This document shows, piece after piece, positions 1-8,253 of a stretch of 64,000 nt of DNA. This stretch comes from Candidatus Poribacteria bacterium (lineage in GTDB: Bacteria > Poribacteria > WGA-4E > PCPOR2b), in the NCBI GenBank assembly GCA_965247655.1, contig OZ252032.1, positions 1,861,101 through 1,925,100 on the forward strand. Reading direction: 5' to 3'. How positions within the stretch are numbered: the stretch's first letter is position 1; every line of letters starts with the position of its first letter. A program made the translations under genes and the position numbers. Below the pieces are notes generated by a model that saw only the letters and a list, made by a program, of their open reading frames with translations, had not been told where the DNA came from and made no database searches.

Positions 1-1089
1 TTAGCCAGCAACCCGATACCGCTCAATTGCTTCCTCATCAATCTCTATTCCCAATCCCGGTGCTTGTGGGATCTGAACGCAGCCATCTTTCACTGTATAT
101 AGCGCATCGGCTTTGACAAGCTTGTTCAAAGCCGACCAAGCGTCCTCAGGGAGGATTGGCGGGGTGGTGTAAACCAATTCTTGCATCCGGCATGTCCGGA
201 TGGTCGCAGCAACTTGCAGTGAATAGATCAGATTCATCCCGTGTGAGCCGTGAAAAATACACTCCATGCCAAACATCTCAGCCATACTTGCCACCCTTTT
301 TAGTGTGGTGATTAGGTTAGCACAATGAGGTTGGACAATATCAAACGCTTCACCTTGAACATATCCCCGATACACCTTATCCGGTTGATGCTCTCCACCG
401 GTGATAGCGATGTCTGTCTCTGCTCGCAGCCGGGCGTGCAGGTGTATGTCGCCGCGAGTGAAGGGTTCTTCCAGCCAAGTGGCATCAACCTCCTCCAATG
501 CTCTAGCGGCGCGAAGCGCGGTATCATAATCCCAAGTGGAACCCGAGTATTCCCCTGTTCTGTCTACCATCACTTCTATTTTATCCCGGCCGCCAACCCG
601 TTCGCGTATTAATCTGATGGCTTCGACATCATCCATCAGATCTGGACGGAAAATGCGAATCTTGAATGCTTTGTATCCGTGTTCTGAATATAGCGAAACA
701 TCTTCAGCCTGTTGTTGTGGGGTCACGTCGGTCTGATCCGCTGCGCCGGGCCAAACACAGGTCAGGTATAGAGGGATCTCATCGCGATAGGCACCCATCA
801 GCTTGTGTAGGGGGAGGCCTGCGGCTTTGCCCACGATGTCCCACAGCGCGTTTTCTGCGCCGAACCACTTATCCAAACCGGCTTCAAGGTGTCGCTCGAT
901 TTGAAACGGATCTTCCCCCACTAAGAGCTGGCTGACAACATCGACATCCACTCCCTCGAATCCGTAACCTGTGATCCCTTCATCGGTATGGACTCGCGTA
1001 ATCGCCGAAGAATTGTAGTATCTCTTCTGCCGTTCTTCCTCGGATATCGGAACTTCAACACGAAAACTCTCAACCGAAGTTATTTTCAT
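1..1089 (-). CDS. enolase-superfamily enzyme, mandelate racemase/muconate lactonizing (MR/MLE) family, sugar-acid dehydratase-like
   Basis: 371-aa ORF 1..1116; likely true start at internal Met (MKITSVESF, GAGG upstream). MR/MLE hallmarks: WLEEPF and ITGGEH metal-ligand motifs. Confidence 0.8.
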   Translation of the reverse strand: MKITSVESFRVEVPISEEERQKRYYNSSAITRVHTDEGITGYGFEGVDVDVVSQLLVGEDPFQIERHLEAGLDKWFGAENALWDIVGKAAGLPLHKLMGAYRDEIPLYLTCVWPGAADQTDVTPQQQAEDVSLYSEHGYKAFKIRIFRPDLMDDVEAIRLIRERVGGRDKIEVMVDRTGEYSGSTWDYDTALRAARALEEVDATWLEEPFTRGDIHLHARLRAETDIAITGGEHQPDKVYRGYVQGEAFDIVQPHCANLITTLKRVASMAEMFGMECIFHGSHGMNLIYSLQVAATIRTCRMQELVYTTPPILPEDAWSALNKLVKADALYTVKDGCVQIPQAPGLGIEIDEEAIERYRVAG

Positions 1090-1366
1090 AGCGTACCTCT
1101 CCTCATAGCAAATCAATCGGAATTCTACTACATCTAATACCGCAAGTTTCCACCTATCGCTCTGCTAGGGCAAATAATGAAAGCAAGATAAAACTCTGCT
1201 ATACACATTGCGCTCCTCCCCGATAAGATCGGGATTCAAAGCAACTGGAGCGCAGAGATTGAACATATCGCCCTACTATAGACATATTGCTCCTCTGGAG
1301 CAAAAGGCAGAACTCTTCAGATTGAACAGCAAGCCGATGGAAACTCGATATCTAGCAACTTGGGTT

Positions 1367-2473
1367 CTAATAATCTGCGACTGAGCCATCTTTCAATCGG
1401 CTGTCGGGCCAGGTGAACTTACGCTCGGCGTCTTTTCCGGTCTCAATCACCGACGCTTCGTTAACCTCAACGCCCAAGCCGGGACCCTCTGGTAGCGATA
1501 CGTAGCCTTCCTCGTCCATCTCCCATGTCTTCCGCGCCACACTTTCCGGCAAGACACCTTTGTAGCCTTCATGAATCAAGAAAAACGGGACAGATGCTGC
1601 CACATGTAGGCTAGCAGTCAAGCCGAGATGTGACATTGTACAGTGTGGTGCGATTGGGACGTGATGGGCTTCTGCGAGGGCTGCTACTTTTTTCATTTGG
1701 CTGATGCCACCACCATGCCCACAGTCTGGTTGCAGGATGTCAATTACCTGTGCTTCGAGGATTTCACGAACTTCCCAGATAGTCCGATCGCGTTCCCCTG
1801 TTGCGAGCGGAACGGGGACCGATTCGCGAATCTTCCGCATTACCTCAATGTTACCGGGAACCCACGCTTCTTCCAAGAAAAGCAGATCATCGGCTTTTAG
1901 GTAGCTAGCAAATTGTTTCACAATAGGGGGAGGCAGACAACTATGCGCGTCGAACATCACAGCCCCATCGGGTCCAACCTGTTCACGAGCGTCCCGTACC
2001 TTTTGAACTAGCTCTTTGATCTCTGCTGGCGTTCCTGCAAACGGTTTGGAACCGCCGGGACCTGTCTTGATGGCTTTGGGACTTGGGTACATCCAGACCT
2101 TGTCGCGGCATGGACCACCGAGGAGACGATAGACGGGAACGTTCCAGAGTTTGCCGGCAATGTCCCATAACGCCATGTCAATTGCGGAGATGGTATGCAC
2201 CATCAATCCACCGCCACGGATGTTGCGGTGAGCGCGAAACAGTCGTTGCCAGTGGTGTTCAATGCGAGTCGGGTTTTCGCCGATAATGATTTCCGAGAGG
2301 GATTCTGCGAGGCGGCAGGTAACATCGTTTTCCATGTTATTAATCTCGCCCCAACCTGTCACTCCCATGTTAGTCTCAATTTTGACATAGGCTTTGACGC
2401 CCATGGGGAAGGCGTGTAGCGCAGTAATTCTGATTTGAGATCCGCTATCTTCAATTTTGGGTTGATTTGACAT
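1367..2473 (-). CDS. enolase-superfamily enzyme, MR/MLE family (D-galactonate/mannonate dehydratase-like paralogue)
   Basis: 377-aa ORF; motifs FLEEAW, LATGER, GWGE capping domain; likely start MSNQPKIED. Paralogous to the upstream gene. Confidence 0.8.
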   Translation of the reverse strand: MSNQPKIEDSGSQIRITALHAFPMGVKAYVKIETNMGVTGWGEINNMENDVTCRLAESLSEIIIGENPTRIEHHWQRLFRAHRNIRGGGLMVHTISAIDMALWDIAGKLWNVPVYRLLGGPCRDKVWMYPSPKAIKTGPGGSKPFAGTPAEIKELVQKVRDAREQVGPDGAVMFDAHSCLPPPIVKQFASYLKADDLLFLEEAWVPGNIEVMRKIRESVPVPLATGERDRTIWEVREILEAQVIDILQPDCGHGGGISQMKKVAALAEAHHVPIAPHCTMSHLGLTASLHVAASVPFFLIHEGYKGVLPESVARKTWEMDEEGYVSLPEGPGLGVEVNEASVIETGKDAERKFTWPDSRLKDGSVADY

Positions 2474-2512
2474 AAACAGCTCCTTAACTCCGTATAACAA
2501 GTTAGAAGAAAC

Positions 2513-2532
2513 GGAACGCAGATCTGCGTTCC
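2513..2532. promoter_or_regulatory. 20-bp perfect palindrome GGAACGCAGATCTGCGTTCC in divergent intergenic region (candidate operator)
   Basis: read directly; immediately 5' of the MR/MLE gene start, in the divergent spacer toward the DUF3604 gene; second hairpin GGTCGGGCAAGATGCCCGACC at ~2563..2583. Confidence 0.4.
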
Positions 2533-3046
2533 CTACGAATTAATCGCATTGGATTGTTAGGGTCGGGCAAGATGCCCGACCTACAGTCATGTATGCAGGT
2601 TACAGCATATTAGGTTAGTAGGATAACATAATAGCATATCTAGCCCGAAAGGAGAAAACAAAAAGTAAGAACGAGTAGCGTGTGATGTAGGGCTATTTAG
2701 TTTTCGGTTTTCTCCTTATCTGAACCCGCGGGGATCACAGGTTAGGAAACCTGTGGCTACGAGTACATTTCCATCGTCGTATGCCAAAGTCCTACACACG
2801 ATCTACATGCGATTGCCCCTAACGTGTGATGCTTTTCTGTTGACGCTCCTAATAAATTGTGATATAAGATTGGCAGCGTTTCACCGATTATGATTCCCGG
2901 CAACGAGGGTTGGTAATGTGGCTGTTGCAGACAGGTGTTTGCATTAAAACAGAGGGTAATCAGGAATCGGTGCATATATAAACTAGACAACTGAGGCGAA
3001 CCGGTCGGGCTATATCGAAAATGATGCGGAGAAGGAGCAATTCTTG

Positions 3047-5350
3047 ATGACTGAAGAACAAGCGGCGGTCCTCGTCGATGAGAGAAATCCGGTCTTTACA
3101 ATGAATGCCTCGGAGAAATTGAACATGTCTAATGCAGACATTCATCAACTGTACGGTGGAGTGCATCTTGCGCCGCGGGAAGAGGTGGTGGCAGGTAGTT
3201 ACGGGACCTGGACGCTGACTTATACCGCAGGCAAAAAGGGCGTAGCGACGGGAGGGCGGATAAGGATTTACACTGATTCGGATTCGGATCGGGCAACACC
3301 GCAGATGGACGATCCGGCGGGTGCAGACTATCTGACGATAGAAGCACCCAAAGCTGCGCGGATAGGTGTGCTAGTACAGAGTGTGCTTTCGGTAGTGTTG
3401 ATAGTGAATGGTCGAGCACTTCAACCGGGCGAGCAGGTGGCTGTGACCTACGGAGATCGGCGCGAAGGCGGACTGGGGTTCCGGGCACAGACGTTTCAGG
3501 AGGCACGACACTATTTCTGGGTAGATGTGGATACTGCCGGCGATGGAAACATAGTGACGCTGCCTGAGCCACCGCACTTGAGTATCGTCGGTGGGGAGGC
3601 GGAAAAACTGTTAGTGAACGTACCATCAATGGTTGTTTCAGGAGAGCAGTTCCAAATCCAGATCAGGGCAGACGATGCCTGGGGAAATCCTGCCGCGGCG
3701 TACCGGGGGCTGGTAGCGATTCAGTCAGTGAATGTGAGGGTGCCGACGGAGCAGCTAAGGTTTGGCAAAGCGGATAAGGGGGTACAGTGGATCGACGGGT
3801 GCACTGTTATGCAGACGGGAATTCACCGACTGACAGCGGTCGATGAAAAAGCAGGGCTGACTGCACAGAGCAATCCAACTCTGTGTAAGGAAACCAAGGC
3901 ACCCTATAACCTCTACTGGGGGGATTCTCACGGCGGACAGGTGGCGATGGCAGAGAAGATCCCAGATTTCTTTCAGTACGCCCGAGATGTCGCCGCAATC
4001 CACTTCGCAGGCTATCAGCGGAACGATCATGTGCTGTCCAAGCGGGACTGGGCGTTACAACAGACGGCAGAACGTGCTTACGATCAACCCGGACGGTTTG
4101 TGGCTCTGCCCGGTTACGAGTGGTCAGCCAATACGAACCGGGGTGGGCATCACAATGTGTATTTCCGGCGACATGACCAACCCATTCGTCGCTCCGACCA
4201 CGGAGGGTTGGAAGACAAGTCAGATGCTGATACGGATCTGTATCACATCCAAGATGTCTACGAGGCTTTCCGGAATTCCGACGCAGTGATTACCGCTCAC
4301 GTTGGTGGTGAGCACTCGGATTTGAGCTACCATGACCCCGCATTGGAGCCAGCGGTGGAGGTGACATCCGACCATGGGACGTTCGAGTGGATTTTGCACG
4401 AGGCACTTCAACGGAATTACAAAATGGGCTTTTTCGGAGGCAGCGATAGTCACAATGGCCGTCCGGGAAACGATACGCCGGGCTTCCAGCACCGGCGTTA
4501 TGCCAAAGCCGGGTTGGCAGCTGTGTATGCCCCCGAATTGACGATTCCAGCGGTGCTTTCGGCGTATAAAGATAGACGCATTTACGCAACAACGGGAGCA
4601 CGAATTTTGATGCACACCGAAGCGACAGGACACTTGATGGGAGCAGAGTTGACCACATCGGAAAAACCGCAGATTTCCGCGTTTATCGCCGGCACGGCAC
4701 CGTTTGAATCGGTGGAACTATTTCGGGGACTAGAACGCATTTACAGCCATCCCGTGGATTGCGGCGTGGACAGCAACCGTGTGCGCATCCTCTGGGAGGG
4801 TGCCAGTCGGAAAAGTAGTTATTCAGGGGTAATCTGGGAGGGACAATTGAGGATCGCTGGCCGTCGTGTTGCAAACGTAGATAAGATTCGGTTCGACAGC
4901 CCGCGTTCCCGGGTGTTCGAGGTGGAAGATTATGGCTTGCGCTGGTATTCGGTGACCTGCGGCTACCGAAGTGGGATAATCTTGGATCTGACCGGGGAAA
5001 ATGATGGAGAACTGGAGTTGGTGGTAAATACCTCGGTGATTACGGGACCACTCTACGGGGAAAGCGGAGTCAATCCTCCTAGGCGGATGTCCTACGCCCC
5101 GGCGGAGAAAGTGGCGATCAATATTAACTTGACTGAACTGAAAAAAGGTCCTGTGACGCTGGAAATCGGCGGGTTAAATCGGCGGGTGACGATGTCATTA
5201 GCACCCACGCTACAGGAGGCTGGCGAGGTTAAATTCTCATTTGCCGACCCATCGCCAAACCCCGGCATTAATCCTTACTGGGTGCGGGTCGTCCAGACGG
5301 ACATGGAGATGGCCTGGAGCAGCCCGATTTACGTGGACTATGTAGCGTGA
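3047..5350 (+). CDS. DUF3604-family protein (large conserved protein of unknown function)
   Basis: 768-aa ORF, AAGGAG RBS 7 nt upstream of ATG 3047; motifs YNLYWGDSHGGQ, PGYEWS, GGHHNVYF, GFFGGSDSHNGRPGN recalled as DUF3604-like. Confidence 0.55.
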   Translation: MTEEQAAVLVDERNPVFTMNASEKLNMSNADIHQLYGGVHLAPREEVVAGSYGTWTLTYTAGKKGVATGGRIRIYTDSDSDRATPQMDDPAGADYLTIEAPKAARIGVLVQSVLSVVLIVNGRALQPGEQVAVTYGDRREGGLGFRAQTFQEARHYFWVDVDTAGDGNIVTLPEPPHLSIVGGEAEKLLVNVPSMVVSGEQFQIQIRADDAWGNPAAAYRGLVAIQSVNVRVPTEQLRFGKADKGVQWIDGCTVMQTGIHRLTAVDEKAGLTAQSNPTLCKETKAPYNLYWGDSHGGQVAMAEKIPDFFQYARDVAAIHFAGYQRNDHVLSKRDWALQQTAERAYDQPGRFVALPGYEWSANTNRGGHHNVYFRRHDQPIRRSDHGGLEDKSDADTDLYHIQDVYEAFRNSDAVITAHVGGEHSDLSYHDPALEPAVEVTSDHGTFEWILHEALQRNYKMGFFGGSDSHNGRPGNDTPGFQHRRYAKAGLAAVYAPELTIPAVLSAYKDRRIYATTGARILMHTEATGHLMGAELTTSEKPQISAFIAGTAPFESVELFRGLERIYSHPVDCGVDSNRVRILWEGASRKSSYSGVIWEGQLRIAGRRVANVDKIRFDSPRSRVFEVEDYGLRWYSVTCGYRSGIILDLTGENDGELELVVNTSVITGPLYGESGVNPPRRMSYAPAEKVAININLTELKKGPVTLEIGGLNRRVTMSLAPTLQEAGEVKFSFADPSPNPGINPYWVRVVQTDMEMAWSSPIYVDYVA

Positions 5351-5419
5351 TAGCCGAGTCCAGCAGGCACAGGCAAAATGCAGATGACTCATAGTATTCG
5401 CATTGAATAGGAGGCTGTG

Positions 5420-6271
5420 ATGTTAAGCAACACCCAAATAACTGAATATCATCAGGACGGATACACCGTCTGCCCAAATTTCTTGACGCCAGACGAAGTT
5501 ACTCAGTTGCTCTCTGAAACCGAGAAGATTATCAGCGACAATACGCTCGCGAATCACGATAAAGATCGGCTGGAAATGGAACCAGATCAGCCCCCAGACG
5601 GGACAAAGGTGCGTCGGCTTTATGAACCGTGCAGTTATTACCCGCTGTTCAGGACGTTATCCGAATCCGAAAAACTACTAGATGCTGTGGAGGGTTTGAT
5701 AGGTCCGAATCTCTTGTATCACTACAGCAAACTCAATATGAAGCCACCTGAAATCGGTTCGGTTGTGGAATGGCATCAAGACCTCTCCTACTATCCGATG
5801 ACAAACCGAGATTCGCTTGCCGTACTGTTTTACTTCGATGATGCGGATGCAGAAAACGGCTGTCTACAGATGCTACCCGGCCGGCACGAGGGAGATCTGC
5901 TTGCCCATACGCGCGAAGGGTACTTTCAAGGCAGAGCCACGGAAGCGGTCGATAGCTCAGAGGCGGTGTTGGCTGAGGGCAAAGCTGGCACAGTAATCTT
6001 CATGCACTGTATGACTCCGCACGCCTCGATTACCAATCGCTCAAACCGTCCTCGACGTACGCTGATCCTCAGTTACCGTGCCGCTGACGCTTTCCCCATC
6101 TACTACGGAGAGATGACGAGTCATGTGGAAACACACACACGATTGGTACGCGGACATCGGGCACAGATGGCGCGCTTTACGATGAAGGAATTCCCTGTTC
6201 CTTACTACAAGGAGAGAAGTGCCTCACTTTATGAGTTGCAGGCGCGATCGCGAAAAGGGGATATCAGGTAG
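5420..6271 (+). CDS. phytanoyl-CoA dioxygenase (PhyH) family Fe(II)/2-oxoglutarate-dependent oxygenase
   Basis: 284 aa; HxD iron motif in WHQDLSY, distal His (MTPHAS) and Arg (RRTLILSYR); AGGAGG RBS. Confidence 0.75.
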   Translation: MLSNTQITEYHQDGYTVCPNFLTPDEVTQLLSETEKIISDNTLANHDKDRLEMEPDQPPDGTKVRRLYEPCSYYPLFRTLSESEKLLDAVEGLIGPNLLYHYSKLNMKPPEIGSVVEWHQDLSYYPMTNRDSLAVLFYFDDADAENGCLQMLPGRHEGDLLAHTREGYFQGRATEAVDSSEAVLAEGKAGTVIFMHCMTPHASITNRSNRPRRTLILSYRAADAFPIYYGEMTSHVETHTRLVRGHRAQMARFTMKEFPVPYYKERSASLYELQARSRKGDIR

Positions 6272-6338
6272 CCGAAACAAATTGGAGCGTAACCAACCAA
6301 TCACACCTCTCTTTAAGAATGCTATCGACTACAAATAA

Positions 6339-7577
6339 ATGTCAATCCAACTCATTCGACAAGCCTTCAACGGCAACCGACCACCACCGAAAATGTGGCG
6401 GTCTCATGAACTGAAAGAATACTACGATGTCGTTATCATCGGTGGGGGGGCGCACGGACTCGCCTGTGCATACTACCTCGCCAAAGAGCATGGCATCACC
6501 GATGTGGCGGTGTTAGAAAAAAGCTACATCGGTGCGGGCGGCAGCGGTCGCAATACTGCAATTATCCGCAGCAACTACCTCACCCCAGAAGGTGTGCGCT
6601 TCTATAACGATAGTGTCAAACTCTACGAACAACTGTCGGACGAACTCAATTTCAATGTGATGTTCAGTCAGCGGGGGCACTTGACCCTCGCCCACACGGA
6701 TGGCGGGGTTAATACCATGCGGCGTCGGGCGGAGGTCAACCAGATCGAAGGCGTTGATTCGCGTCTAATTTTTCCCGATGAAATCAAAAGCCTCTGCCCC
6801 TATCTCGATGTAAGCGACCATCCCCGCTATCCCATTTTGGCGGCACTCTACCATCCGCCCGGCGGTATCATTCGGCACGATGCGGTCGTTTGGGGTTATG
6901 CCCATCAAGCGGACGTGCGCGGTGTCCACATTCATCAGAATACAGAGGTAACCGGACTGAAGGTACGGGACGGCAAAGTGACCGGTGTGGAAACGACTCG
7001 TGGTCACATCAAGACCGGGACAGTCCTCAACGCAACCGCCGGTTGGGCTTCGACAATCACGGCGATGGTAGGGATTAATCTGCCGTTGACCACTATCCCC
7101 CTGCAAGCCTGTGTGACCGAACCGCTCAAGCCTTTTCTAGACGTGGTCGTTGTCTCCGGTAGTCTGCATGTCTACATCAGTCAGACGGATCGGGGGGAGT
7201 TAGTGATGGGAGCGAGCGTAGATCCCTTTTCCTCCTATTCGATGGCGGGTTCACTTACGTTCCTCGAAGGCATCGCTGGTCACGTCCTTGAACTTTTCCC
7301 CTCTCTGAGCCATGTCCGCATCCTGCGTCAATGGGCTGGTATCTGCGAAATGCCTCCCGACTATAGCCCAATCATGGGGTTCACACCTGTCAATGGATTT
7401 CTGATGGATGTCGGTTGGGGCACTTATGGATTCAAAGCGTCCCCCATCGCCGGCAAAACTTTGGCAGAGTTAATCGCCACCGGTAAGACCCCAACTCTCA
7501 TCGCTCCCTTCCGCCTATCCCGTTTTGAGGAAAACGAACTGGTTGGTGAGAAAGGTGCAGCGGCGGTGGGGCACTAA
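6339..7577 (+). CDS. soxB: sarcosine oxidase subunit beta (FAD-dependent)
   Basis: 412 aa; VVIIGGGAHG dinucleotide-binding motif; followed by delta, alpha, gamma subunits. Confidence 0.9.
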   Translation: MSIQLIRQAFNGNRPPPKMWRSHELKEYYDVVIIGGGAHGLACAYYLAKEHGITDVAVLEKSYIGAGGSGRNTAIIRSNYLTPEGVRFYNDSVKLYEQLSDELNFNVMFSQRGHLTLAHTDGGVNTMRRRAEVNQIEGVDSRLIFPDEIKSLCPYLDVSDHPRYPILAALYHPPGGIIRHDAVVWGYAHQADVRGVHIHQNTEVTGLKVRDGKVTGVETTRGHIKTGTVLNATAGWASTITAMVGINLPLTTIPLQACVTEPLKPFLDVVVVSGSLHVYISQTDRGELVMGASVDPFSSYSMAGSLTFLEGIAGHVLELFPSLSHVRILRQWAGICEMPPDYSPIMGFTPVNGFLMDVGWGTYGFKASPIAGKTLAELIATGKTPTLIAPFRLSRFEENELVGEKGAAAVGH

Positions 7578-7580
7578 AAT

Positions 7581-7766
7581 GTGAGGTTCATGTAAAAAGA
7601 AGGTGCAAAGTATCCGCGAATTGACGCGAATCTACACAAATGAAAAAGAAAGACGAAAGATGGGCAACCACAAGGGTTGCCCCTACAGTCCGCTCAGAAC
7701 CGGAAATGTTCGGGCGGGGAGACCCCGTCCTTACGATTACTGTTTCACGATTTCTTGATATGAACG
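7581..7766 (+). repeat. structured intergenic repeat, copy A (soxB-soxD spacer)
   Basis: shares 5' block CATGTAAAAAGAAGGTGCAAAG and 3' block TTTCTTGATATGAACG with copies B and C; internal GC-rich hairpins (GGGCAACCacaaGGGTTGCCC; CGGGCGGGGagaCCCCGTCC). Confidence 0.6.
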
Positions 7767-7786
7767 AAATGTGAATAGAGGTCAAT

Positions 7787-8053
7787 ATGTTACTTTTAAC
7801 CTGTCCCAACTGCGGGGATCGAAATGTCAGCGAATTCCACTTTGGTGGGGAGCTTGGTTCACGTCCTAAAGATCCCTCGGCTGCTAGTAATGCAGAATGG
7901 ACAAACTATCTTTACATGCGCAATAATGTTATGGATGCACAGACGGAGTGGTGGCATCATAGTGCCGGCTGTGGTCTATGGTTTCTGGCTGAACGGCACA
8001 CACGGACTAATGAGGTGATAAAGACTTACCCTTACGCGAAACGTGATGCGTAA
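7787..8053 (+). CDS. soxD: sarcosine oxidase subunit delta
   Basis: 88 aa; N-terminal LTCPNCGDRNVSEFHFGGE typical of SoxD. Confidence 0.85.
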   Translation: MLLLTCPNCGDRNVSEFHFGGELGSRPKDPSAASNAEWTNYLYMRNNVMDAQTEWWHHSAGCGLWFLAERHTRTNEVIKTYPYAKRDA

Positions 8054-8091
8054 TGTATGATGCCTGAAATGTGATGGGGATCTCCCTATTT

Positions 8092-8214
8092 TGTGATTAG
8101 CTCATGTAAACAGAAAGTGCAAAGCACGAAGAGAAACCGAGTTTTCAAGTCCGAGAGGACCCCGTGACCGGGGAAAAAACTCGGTTTCTGTTGCATGATT
8201 TCTTAATATGAGCG
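8092..8214 (+). repeat. structured intergenic repeat, copy B (soxD-soxA spacer)
   Basis: CATGTAAACAGAAAGTGCAAAG ... nested hairpin AAACCGAGTTTTcaaGTCCgagaGGACCCCGtgacCGGGGaaAAAACTCGGTTT ... TTTCTTAATATGAGCG; ~85% identical to copy C. Confidence 0.65.
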
Positions 8215-8253
8215 TTGCGATTATCTGTCAGAGATGTGGTAACTGGAGAATGA

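Noticed and set aside
3129-3629. 166-aa antisense ORF, plus others at 3755..4030 and 4220..4658
   Set aside because: Fully embedded antisense within the well-supported DUF3604 gene; Pro/Ser/Arg-rich composition typical of GC-rich antisense frames.
8036-8085. Instance of the ACGTGATGCGTAA motif
   Set aside because: It overlaps the last codons and stop of soxD, so it may be coding coincidence rather than a regulatory copy; down-weighted in the motif finding.
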